From Edaphobacter aggregans (GTDB lineage Bacteria > Acidobacteriota > Terriglobia > Terriglobales > Acidobacteriaceae), in assembly GCF_003945235.1 (NCBI RefSeq), contig NZ_RSDW01000001.1, positions 1,740,001 through 1,772,000 of the forward strand: a stretch of 32,000 bases of DNA, given 5' to 3'. The notes under the pieces were generated by a model, which did no database searches, was not told the DNA's origin, and saw nothing but the letters and a program-made list of their open reading frames with translations. Position 1 is the stretch's first letter, and every line of letters begins with the position of its first letter. The position numbers were made by a program, and so were the translations under genes. Shown here piece by piece: positions 9,102 to 16,904 of this stretch.

Positions 9102-10612
9102 GCAATCTCCTTCAGCACACTCGAAGCCACAGCCACATCATCAAACGGCACAGTCCCACCCTTCAAAATCTGCACCTTCTCATGCCCCTTGCCTGCAATC
9201 AAAACAATATCCCCCGCCCGAGCCGCACGAATCGCAATCTCAATCGCCTCAGCCCGATCTTCTTCGACGATGCACTTCGTCCCCGTCTCCTTCACACCCG
9301 CCAAAGCCTCTTCAATAATCGCCATCGGCTCTTCGCTCCGCGGATTATCGCTCGTCAGCACCACCAGATCGCTCCCCTCGCCTGCAGCCGTTCCCATCCT
9401 CGGCCGCTTCGTTCTGTCCCTATCCCCACCACACCCAAACAGCGTAATCACGCGGCCGCCGCGCTCCTTCACCAACTCCCGCGCCAGCGAAATCAAATTC
9501 CGCAAAGCATCATCCGTATGCGCATAATCCACCACCACCGTCACATCATTCGTCGAAGGCACCACTTCAAACCGCCCCGGAACCTGCGTCCCGGCCTCAG
9601 CCCCACGAGCAATCTCGTCCAGCGTCAACCCTCGAGCCCACGCAGCCGCACTGGCACCCAACAAATTGTAGACATTCACTCGCCCCGTCAACGGAGATCG
9701 CATCTCCACAACCCCATGCGGAGTCACCATCCGAAACCGAGTCTCCCCGGCGCGCATCCGCACGTCCTGCGCAACAAAATCTCCCTTACCCTCCATCCCA
9801 TACCGAACCACCTGCGACCGCTCGATCCCAGCAGCCAGTCGCTCACCATAAACATCATCCGTATTGATCACCGCCACTCGCGGCGGAGGAGCACCTACGC
9901 CATCAAACAGCCTCGCCTTTGCCGCAAAGTAACCTTCCATCGTCCCGTGATAATCCAGATGGTCCTGCGTCAGATTCGTAAAGATCGCCACCTCCACCGG
10001 CAACCCCCAAACCCGCTCCTGCTCAAGCGCATGCGAGCTCATCTCCATCACCGCTTCGCTCGCCCCAACCCTCACCCCATCGGCAAACAACGCCAGCACA
10101 TCCCGGCTCTCCGGCGTCGTATGTGGAGAAACCCTAATCTCATCCCCGATATGCGTCTCTATCGTCCCGATCAGCACACACCACCGCCCTACACTCCGCA
10201 GCATCGCCTCCAGCAAAAACGCGGTCGTCGTCTTCCCATTCGTCCCCGTCACCCCACTCAGCGCCAGCTTCTTCTGCGGATGCCCCATGACCGCCGAACT
10301 AACCTCCGCCAGAGCCCGCCGCCCTCGCTCCACAAGTGCCGCCGCCACCTCCGGATGCTCCCGCCGTAGCTTCGCATACGCATCACGCGAGTCCGTAACC
10401 ACCGCCACCGCGCCCTGCGCAATCACCGCGTCTATATAACGATTTCCATCCGCGCTTCCCCCACGCATCGCAATAAACGCATCCCCACGCACCACCCGTC
10501 GCGAATCATACTGAACCCCAGTAACCTCTATCGGGCTACCGGTACACTCCAGCACACACACTTCGCGTAAAACCTCATTCCAATCCATACCCACTGATTC
10601 TAAAGCCGACAC
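9098..10612 (-). CDS. murE: UDP-N-acetylmuramoyl-L-alanyl-D-glutamate--2,6-diaminopimelate ligase MurE
   Basis: 504 aa. VTGTNGKTTTAFL P-loop, NLTQDHLDYH, DYAHTDDAL, and the GCGGDRDRTKRPRMG motif (DNPR present: LTSDNPRSE). GTG at 10612 directly abuts the ftsI stop. The ATG at 10588 (MDWNEV...) is an equally plausible start. Confidence 0.95.
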   Translation of the reverse strand: MSALESVGMDWNEVLREVCVLECTGSPIEVTGVQYDSRRVVRGDAFIAMRGGSADGNRYIDAVIAQGAVAVVTDSRDAYAKLRREHPEVAAALVERGRRALAEVSSAVMGHPQKKLALSGVTGTNGKTTTAFLLEAMLRSVGRWCVLIGTIETHIGDEIRVSPHTTPESRDVLALFADGVRVGASEAVMEMSSHALEQERVWGLPVEVAIFTNLTQDHLDYHGTMEGYFAAKARLFDGVGAPPPRVAVINTDDVYGERLAAGIERSQVVRYGMEGKGDFVAQDVRMRAGETRFRMVTPHGVVEMRSPLTGRVNVYNLLGASAAAWARGLTLDEIARGAEAGTQVPGRFEVVPSTNDVTVVVDYAHTDDALRNLISLARELVKERGGRVITLFGCGGDRDRTKRPRMGTAAGEGSDLVVLTSDNPRSEEPMAIIEEALAGVKETGTKCIVEEDRAEAIEIAIRAARAGDIVLIAGKGHEKVQILKGGTVPFDDVAVASSVLKEIA

Positions 10613-12940
10613 CTAGCGCGCAAACCGGACCACAACCTCAGTCCCCGACGGCACCATCGTCCCCGCAGCCGGCACCTGCTCCCGAGCCAGCCCACTCCCC
10701 ACCGGCTGTACCCGCAACCCCACAGCATCGGCCCGCTCCACAACCGTCCGCAGCGCCGCACCATCAAACGAAGGCACAGCCACTCGCAACGCCGCATCCA
10801 CCACCACCGAACCGTTCGTCTTCGATTGCACAGCGGGCACAACCTTAGGCGCAGGCAGTGGCGCAGACACACCAGTATCACCGTCCCCCTTTGCCTGAAA
10901 CGCCGCCAGCACCTTCGCGGGCAGGAGGTTCAAAACTCCCTGCGACTTATCCGCAACCTTTGGCGCAGCAACAGCAGGCTTCTCCGCCACCGCCGAAGCA
11001 GTCTCTGACGCCGCCGCAGCATTAGCCGGAGTCCTCAGCGGATCATCCGCTGGCAAACTATTCACATCCGCAAACATCGCATTCAGATCGGCGCCACTAT
11101 CCGTCGGAGCCTCCTCCGCCTCATCACTTTTAACCGAAGCCACCAGATCCTTCTTTGCCTTCAACGGCTGATCATGCGGCACGCCAAGATACTCCAGCAC
11201 CTGCTGCGCCACCTCCGCGAACACCGGCGCACTCGTCTCGGCACCGTACCTTGACCCCACCGTCGGCGTATCAATCACCACCGCCACCGAGATCGCCGGA
11301 TTGCTCACCGGCGCGAACCCCGCAAAACTAGCCACCAGCTTCGTGTGCGAATACGTGTGCGTCGCAACATCGATCTTCTGCGCCGTTCCCGTCTTCCCAC
11401 CTGCGCTGTAGCCGTTCAGCGCACCCTTACGTCCCGTACCCTCCACCACAATTCCCTGCATCATCATCCGCATCTTCGCGGAAGTGATCTCTTTGATCAC
11501 ACGGTGCGCACCATCCGGCAGTGTCGATGGCAGTTGATTGGCCGGACGGAACGCCGCCGCCTGTAACCGCGGATCGCCCTTCATCTGATCGGTCGACTGC
11601 AGCAAAATATGCGGCGGCATGTAAACCCCACCGTTTGCAATCGTACTCACCATGGTCACCAACTGCACCGGCGTCACACCCACCTCTTGGCCTATCGCCA
11701 TCGACAGAATGCTGGTCGCGCCCCATTTCTTCGGATTACGCAACAGCCCGCGAGTCTCGCTCGGCAGCTCAATTCCCGAACGGTCACCAAAACCAAAAGC
11801 CCGCATGTACTCATAGAACTTCTGGTTCCCCAGCTTCAGCGCCATCTTCGCCGCGCCTACGTCGCTCGACTTCTCCAGCGCGTATTGCACCGTCACTCGC
11901 CCTAAGTGACCATCTGACTTGTCATCGTGCAACGTACGGCCATACATCGTCATGGCGCCGCCCTGGCAATCGACGATGTCTGTCGGCTCAACGCCCGCCG
12001 CATCCAGTGCCGCCGAGTACGACACCAGTTTGAACGTCGACCCCGGCTCATACACATCGCTCACAGCCAGGTTCTGCAACACGCTCGCATCCATATGCCG
12101 CTGGTCGTTCGGATTGAAGCGAGGAGAAATCGCCAGCGCCAAAATCTGCCCCGTATGCGGATCCTGCACCACGACAGTTCCATGCAGCGCCTTCATCTTC
12201 TCCATCTGCGCATCAAGCGCTCGCTCCGCCATGTACTGGATATTCGCGTCGATCGACAGCACCAGATTCTCACCCGGCAGCGGTTGGCTCTCTTCACTTC
12301 CGAGCACATGTCGCTTCGCATCGAGCGCCGTCAGCACATGCCCCGGAGTCCCATGCATATCATCGTCAAACTCACGCTCAAGCCCACCCAGCCCCGTATC
12401 ATCCGTGCCCACATACCCCAGCACCTGCGCGGCCAGGTCATTATTCGGATAGAACCTCTTGAACTCCTTCTGAAAATAGACTCCCTTCAGATTCAGCTCT
12501 CGCACCCGAGTCGCCGTCTCAGCATCAACTCGCCGCGCCACCCACGCAAAATTCCGCGACGCATTAAACCGAGCCAACATCTGCTGCCGCGACGTAAAGC
12601 TATCTCTCGCATCACTGTGAACAATTCCAGCCAACATCTCTGCCGCGCTCTCGCGGTTATCACCTAACTCGCTCGGCACCGCATACACACTGTCCACCGT
12701 GACCGTCATCGCCAGCTCTTTCAGGTTGCGGTCATACAGCACCCCGCGCCGCGGAGCTACCTCAAACGTCCGCTGCTGTTGCTTGGCCGCACGCTCTACA
12801 AAATCGCCATGCCGCACCACTTGCAACCAAACCAATCGCAACCCAATCGAAGCTGTCCAGAAACAAAAAAACAGCGCCACGTAGGCAAACCGAACTCTCC
12901 GTATAGGAGCGGTTAACGTCTGCCGTGGCGCCTTATTCAT
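10613..12940 (-). CDS. ftsI: Class B penicillin-binding protein FtsI (PBP3-type transpeptidase) with a long Ala/Pro-rich linker and C-terminal PASTA domain
   Basis: N-terminal TM anchor (FAYVALFFCFWTASIGLRLVWLQV), dimerisation domain, and transpeptidase motifs STFK (EPGSTFKLV), SSD and KTGTA. The 183-aa tail ends in VPSFDGAALRTVVERADAVGLRVQPVGSGLAREQVPAAGTMVPSGTEVVVRF, which is PASTA-like. I chose the ATG at 12940 (GGGA upstream). The ORF-track TTG at 12964 is the alternative. Confidence 0.93.
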   Translation of the reverse strand: MNKAPRQTLTAPIRRVRFAYVALFFCFWTASIGLRLVWLQVVRHGDFVERAAKQQQRTFEVAPRRGVLYDRNLKELAMTVTVDSVYAVPSELGDNRESAAEMLAGIVHSDARDSFTSRQQMLARFNASRNFAWVARRVDAETATRVRELNLKGVYFQKEFKRFYPNNDLAAQVLGYVGTDDTGLGGLEREFDDDMHGTPGHVLTALDAKRHVLGSEESQPLPGENLVLSIDANIQYMAERALDAQMEKMKALHGTVVVQDPHTGQILALAISPRFNPNDQRHMDASVLQNLAVSDVYEPGSTFKLVSYSAALDAAGVEPTDIVDCQGGAMTMYGRTLHDDKSDGHLGRVTVQYALEKSSDVGAAKMALKLGNQKFYEYMRAFGFGDRSGIELPSETRGLLRNPKKWGATSILSMAIGQEVGVTPVQLVTMVSTIANGGVYMPPHILLQSTDQMKGDPRLQAAAFRPANQLPSTLPDGAHRVIKEITSAKMRMMMQGIVVEGTGRKGALNGYSAGGKTGTAQKIDVATHTYSHTKLVASFAGFAPVSNPAISVAVVIDTPTVGSRYGAETSAPVFAEVAQQVLEYLGVPHDQPLKAKKDLVASVKSDEAEEAPTDSGADLNAMFADVNSLPADDPLRTPANAAAASETASAVAEKPAVAAPKVADKSQGVLNLLPAKVLAAFQAKGDGDTGVSAPLPAPKVVPAVQSKTNGSVVVDAALRVAVPSFDGAALRTVVERADAVGLRVQPVGSGLAREQVPAAGTMVPSGTEVVVRFAR

Positions 12941-12997
12941 CACAATCCCGTTATGAAAACTCAAACCAAGTTAGAAATTCGCTGACGAAACCCGCTC

Positions 12998-13522
12998 CTA
13001 CTGCGCCACCAGCGCCGGAGCGCCTGCCTGCGCCAACACCGAAGCATTAGGATCCCCGCCCTCAGGCCGCACAACCTGCCCAGGCTGGGGAGCATCCAGT
13101 CCAAGCTGCTTCGCAATCTTGTCGATCCGCTCCGGGTCCGTCAGTTGAGCCTCAGACAGACGCAATTGCCGATTCTCTTCCCGCAGCTGCTCAACCTGCT
13201 GCTTCTGCACCTCAACGTGATACCCAATCTCAATCGCCGAAAAATGCTGCCACACATAGACCATCACCAGCAGAAACAGCACGCTCATCACCGTCGCAAA
13301 CTGCCGCATCTCCCGCCGCCGCTCCGGATCGTCCGCCTTCACCAGCCGGGTGTTGTCGATGTGCTTCGCAAAGAAAACCTCGGGCGTAGGCCCACGCCGA
13401 GCCTTCCGCTGCGCCTCGTACAGCGCATGGTTGCGCTCCGCCAGCGACTCAGTGCGGCTCTGCGACTGCCGCCGCGCGCCCATCATCTCCATCTGCTGTC
13501 CTACCATCGCTGTCGTTGCCAT
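12998..13522 (-). CDS. ftsL: Cell division protein FtsL-like (single TM + coiled coil)
   Basis: Canonical position between rsmH and ftsI. One TM helix (FATVMSVLFLLVMVYVW) is followed by a heptad-like EVQKQQVEQLREENRQLRLSEAQL segment. I chose the ATG at 13522, preceded by GAGG. The GTG at 13534 is the ORF-track alternative. Assigned mainly by position and architecture. Confidence 0.75.
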   Translation of the reverse strand: MATTAMVGQQMEMMGARRQSQSRTESLAERNHALYEAQRKARRGPTPEVFFAKHIDNTRLVKADDPERRREMRQFATVMSVLFLLVMVYVWQHFSAIEIGYHVEVQKQQVEQLREENRQLRLSEAQLTDPERIDKIAKQLGLDAPQPGQVVRPEGGDPNASVLAQAGAPALVAQ

Positions 13523-13702
13523 CGCGTACCTCACTTGCTTCTGAACTCTCGCCTCTCCTCAACGTACGAACGGGCCGGGATTGCTATTGGAGGAGGGGAC
13601 TTTGTACTACAGAGTTGTCTTTCGCCTGAAAGAAGGTGGGACAACCCCGGCCCGATCACTTGTCGTTACATACATCGCTAAAATATGTAACTAATATCGC
13701 TA

Positions 13703-14596
13703 CTAAATCTTCTCTGCCGCCCGCATCTTTGCACTTCTTGCTCGCGGATTCCGCATCTCTTCTTCTTCACCAGCCACAACTGGCTTCTTCGTCAAAACCT
13801 CAAACATTTTGGTTCGACCGGCCTCACGAAACGCATCCTTCACCAACCGGTCCTCCAGCGAGTGGAAGCTGATCAACACCAGCCTTCCTCCCGGCTTCAA
13901 CAGAGACGGCGCGCTTTCCAGCAGCGTCCTGATCTCCCCCAGCTCATCATTCACTCGAATCCGAAGCGCCTGAAAGGTCCGTGTCGCCGGATGAATCTTG
14001 TCCCCTTTCATTGATGGGGCCGCAGCCGATATCACTCTGGCTAACTCTGCCGTCGTCGTTATCGGCCGGGCCCTCACAATGGCTCTGGCGATTCTCCGCG
14101 ACCTCCTTTCCTCTCCGAATTCGTAAATCAGGTCGGCGAGTTCGTTTTCGTCTTCCTGATTTACCACTTGCTCGGCCGTCTCTCCACTGCGCGTATCCAT
14201 CCGCATGTCTAGTGGACCTTCTGACCGAAAACTGAATCCCCTCTGTGCCTCGTCCAGCTGCAGGCTGCTCACGCCGAAGTCCGCAAGCAAACCATCCAGG
14301 CTTCCTGCCTTTATCTCGCCACTGGCCCCCGAGAACGCCTTCGGTACAAACACCACCTCCGGCATCTCTTCTCCCATCTCGGCCTTTACTTCTTCGAGCC
14401 GTGCCTTTCCCAACTCCATCGCCTGCGGATCGCGATCAAAGCAGATCAACCTGCCCTTCGCGCCCAGCCTCCTCGCTATCTCCGAGGAGTGCCCCGCCAG
14501 ACCCAGCGTCGCGTCCACGTAGACGCCGCCCGGCCGCACATTCAGGTACTCCAAAACTTCATCTAAAAGAACCGGCACATGTTGCGGTCTCTTCAT
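13703..14596 (-). CDS. rsmH: 16S rRNA (cytosine1402-N4)-methyltransferase RsmH (MraW)
   Basis: MKRPQHVPVLLDEVLEYLNVRPGGVYVDATLGLAGHS...DFGVSSLQLD...RGFSF...DMRMD...ISFHSLEDR are all RsmH signatures. The ATG at 14596 gives an N-terminus of E. coli-like length. The TTG at 14635 is the longest-ORF alternative. Confidence 0.95.
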   Translation of the reverse strand: MKRPQHVPVLLDEVLEYLNVRPGGVYVDATLGLAGHSSEIARRLGAKGRLICFDRDPQAMELGKARLEEVKAEMGEEMPEVVFVPKAFSGASGEIKAGSLDGLLADFGVSSLQLDEAQRGFSFRSEGPLDMRMDTRSGETAEQVVNQEDENELADLIYEFGEERRSRRIARAIVRARPITTTAELARVISAAAPSMKGDKIHPATRTFQALRIRVNDELGEIRTLLESAPSLLKPGGRLVLISFHSLEDRLVKDAFREAGRTKMFEVLTKKPVVAGEEEEMRNPRARSAKMRAAEKI

Positions 14597-14646
14597 CTCG
14601 TCCCGCCTTGTGCTGCCCCTGGGGGCCACATCCAACGTCCTAATCT

Positions 14647-15108
14647 CTACTCACTAACCTTCGTCTTCTCTGCCAAAGCCGTCAGATCGCTTACTGTCAA
14701 CTCAACTGCATCGCGTTCGCCCTTCATCTCGGCCTTGAACGACTCCGCATTCACCACTTCCAACATCGTCTGCACGCCGAGCACATTCACCTCGCCGGTC
14801 GCCTTCGCCGACTCCCGCAACAGTTGCGGCAACAGCAGTCGACCCTGTGCATCCATCTCAACCATCTGGCCGTAGTAGTTCGTTACGTCCAAAAACTTCT
14901 TCCTTACCGGATCCATCGGTGAGAGCCTGGCCAACTGCGCCTCGATCTTCTCCCACTCCTTCAGCGGCCATATTTCAGCCCGCCGTCCATCCTTGCTCGT
15001 AATAAAAAACTGAGGTCCGTACAGTTCATCGACCCTGCGCTTGAACTCCGCCGGCAGCTTCAGCCGGCCTTTTTCGTCCACGCGAGTTGGGTGATTTCCC
15101 CGAAACAT
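14647..15108 (-). CDS. mraZ: Transcriptional regulator MraZ
   Basis: 153 aa with two SpoVT/AbrB-like halves, each carrying the DxxGR motif (VDEKGRLKLP, MDAQGRLLLP). First gene of the dcw cluster. Confidence 0.95.
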   Translation of the reverse strand: MFRGNHPTRVDEKGRLKLPAEFKRRVDELYGPQFFITSKDGRRAEIWPLKEWEKIEAQLARLSPMDPVRKKFLDVTNYYGQMVEMDAQGRLLLPQLLRESAKATGEVNVLGVQTMLEVVNAESFKAEMKGERDAVELTVSDLTALAEKTKVSE

Positions 15109-15202
15109 GACAACCTCGATACCCGTTCCATCTCATTTCGCTCGAAACTGGCTCGGCGAAGTAGACTTCCATCAGGAATTGATCTTATTTGGTCCCTTTA
15201 AC

Positions 15203-15227
15203 TCCACTTTTGACCACTTCCGTCCAC
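15203..15227 (-). promoter_or_regulatory. Candidate MraZ operator: three direct GTGG(A/T) repeats at exact 10-bp spacing
   Basis: The minus strand reads GTGGAcggaaGTGGTcaaaaGTGGA (plus-strand tccac 15203-15207, accac 15213-15217, tccac 15223-15227). It lies 95-120 nt upstream of the mraZ ATG. It matches the published MraZ-box pattern of GTGG-type pentamers separated by 5-nt spacers. Confidence 0.6.
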
Positions 15228-15542
15228 ATCGTCTCGCAGCAGCATCCCGCTGTAAAGCACTAAATTGTGCAAATCAGTGCAATTCCCATAATGAAATGTG
15301 GAAAACTCACCAAATCGTATGAATCAAGCCGTATACCCCCACCCCTAGTGTTGCCGAGGCTGGTTCATACCAAGGACGCCACTTGCGACTTCTTCAATCA
15401 ATCTGATAGGCGAAATAAAGGCGAAAACGCACCCGAAAACCCGCCCTTTATCAGGTTTCGGTTTTCTATCCGTTTTAATCCGCGAAATCCGTGAGCATTG
15501 CAAATCGGTGTCATAGGTGGAGATCGGTGTTAAGCCTCTCGC

Positions 15543-16085
15543 TTAACTGGATACCTGAATCTCAGCCGCAACCTTCTTCCGCCGCAGCAGCCACAACAGA
15601 TACCCAAGCACGGCAAGATTGATCAGCAGCAGGCTCAACCGAAACCAATTCGGCCGCCGAGCCAGCTCATACAACTCCCACGGAAGAAATGAGATCGTCA
15701 GGAAAAGCGTCAGATACTCCGCCCACACTTTTTCGAGCACCAGCCCCACTCCTTCGGTCAACGCCAGCGCGGAGTAGGCAAACGTCGCCAGGCTGATCTG
15801 CTTTAATCGATGCGCATCGATCAGATCCACCTTGTCCAGAAGCAGAGCCACAACCTTGCTCTCCGGATCGAACTTCAGCGCTGTCACCAGTCGCATCACC
15901 TCGTCCCCAAGATCCCTGTGCAATAGATGGATCGCCCCCACTCCTAGCAGAAAAAACAGGATCGCCTTGCCCAGCTTGAACAACCCGATCAAAAGCAATC
16001 CGCGATCGCGATGCCCTGCATTCCTGCTCACGCTTTCCTCTCCTGTGTCCATCTGCGTTTCATCAGCAGTCGCTGGTAGATTCAT
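15543..16085 (-). CDS. DUF2127-family small membrane protein
   Basis: 180 aa with 4 predicted TM helices. RGLLLIGLFKLGKAILFFLLGVGAIHLL...FAYSALALTEGVGLVLEKVWAEYLTLFLTISFLPWELYEL...VLGYLLWLLRRK matches my recollection of the DUF2127 pattern. Confidence 0.75.
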   Translation of the reverse strand: MNLPATADETQMDTGEESVSRNAGHRDRGLLLIGLFKLGKAILFFLLGVGAIHLLHRDLGDEVMRLVTALKFDPESKVVALLLDKVDLIDAHRLKQISLATFAYSALALTEGVGLVLEKVWAEYLTLFLTISFLPWELYELARRPNWFRLSLLLINLAVLGYLLWLLRRKKVAAEIQVSS

Positions 16086-16311
16086 TTACACACACCTGAC
16101 TCTCAGTTGACGGGTACCCACCGCAATTGTCAACGCCCCATCCGTATCACCTCTTCTTCACAGCATCAACAATTTCACCCAATCCCTTTGCTTCACACAA
16201 TCGCGTCTCGTACTTCGGTTCTAAGTTGCTATCTTTCAAGCATCCATTCCACACAGACCAATCCAGCCTCGAGGAAGCGCTCGCCACTAGGCACACAACG
16301 AAATTCAGACC

Positions 16312-16851
16312 ATGCGACATACCTTCACAACAGAGCAGTGGCTCCCATATCCAGTCCACCTGGTCTTCGCCTTCTTCGCCAATCCCGAAAACCTCCCACA
16401 CCTCATGCCTCGCTGGCAGCAAGCCCACATCGAACAAGCATCGCTGACTACGCCTACACCACGCCCCGCCGGAACCTCGGCCCTCCGCACGATCGCAGCT
16501 GACCTCGGATCACGCATCACCATCAGCTTCCGCCCCTTCCCTTACTCTCCAATCCGCATCCCTTGGGAAGCCGAGATAACCGATTTCGTCTGGAGCGATC
16601 ACTTCACCGACCTTCAGATCCGAGGCCCGTTCGCCTACTGGCTCCATCGCCACTCGGTACAGCCAGCAACCCGCCCCGACAATGCAGGCCGCGCAACTCA
16701 CGGCACCCTTCTCTGTGACGAAGTTATCTACGAATCGCCTCTTGGCAAACTAGGAGAGCTGGCACGCTACCTCTTCATCAACCGCCAACTCCGCAACACC
16801 TTCGCCTATCGCCAGACTCAAGCCAGCAAACTCCTGCCCTTTATTCCCTAA
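16312..16851 (+). CDS. SRPBCC-superfamily (START/polyketide-cyclase-like) protein
   Basis: 179 aa. The N-terminal ...TFTTEQWLPYPVHLVFAFFANPENLPHLMP... and later ...FTDLQIRGPFAYWLHRH... are typical of SRPBCC/cyclase-dehydrase-like small proteins. Assigned from motif memory only. Confidence 0.65.
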   Translation: MRHTFTTEQWLPYPVHLVFAFFANPENLPHLMPRWQQAHIEQASLTTPTPRPAGTSALRTIAADLGSRITISFRPFPYSPIRIPWEAEITDFVWSDHFTDLQIRGPFAYWLHRHSVQPATRPDNAGRATHGTLLCDEVIYESPLGKLGELARYLFINRQLRNTFAYRQTQASKLLPFIP

Positions 16852-16860
16852 GCAAACGAA

Positions 16861-16884
16861 AACGGGCTGCATCAGCAGCCCGTT
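16861..16884. terminator. Bidirectional hairpin between convergent SRPBCC gene and dxs
   Basis: aacgggctgc (16861-16870) / atca / gcagcccgtt (16875-16884): perfect 10-bp stem. The flanks are T-containing on both strands (cttactt on +, ttcgtttgctt on -). Confidence 0.6.
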
Positions 16885-16904
16885 CTTACTTCGTCCTCTA
16901 TGGT

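Noticed and set aside
8738-10369. 543-aa plus-strand ORF antisense to murF/murE
   Set aside because: It is Pro/His/Arg/Gln-rich shadow ORF on the C-rich strand, overlapping genes with unambiguous Mur-ligase motifs.
15267-15282. TTGCAC-N4-TTGCAC (minus strand) as the -35 of the dcw promoter
   Set aside because: I found no acceptable -10 hexamer at 16-19 bp spacing from either copy. I kept it only as a note under the MraZ-operator finding.
15430-15480. Imperfect hairpin (ccgaaaacc...ggtttcgg plus T-run) as a terminator for the DUF2127 gene or as an sRNA
   Set aside because: The stem is bulged and short, and the orientation is ambiguous. No adjacent promoter motif was found. It is too weak to report as a feature.
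16106-16134. Inverted repeat GTTGAC-N17-GTCAAC (with central GGGTACCC) between the divergent DUF2127 and SRPBCC genes, read as back-to-back TTGAC(A/G) -35 boxes
   Set aside because: The matching -10 candidates (TCAACT / TCAACG) are poor. The arms are only 6 bp, which is insufficient to call a promoter or operator.
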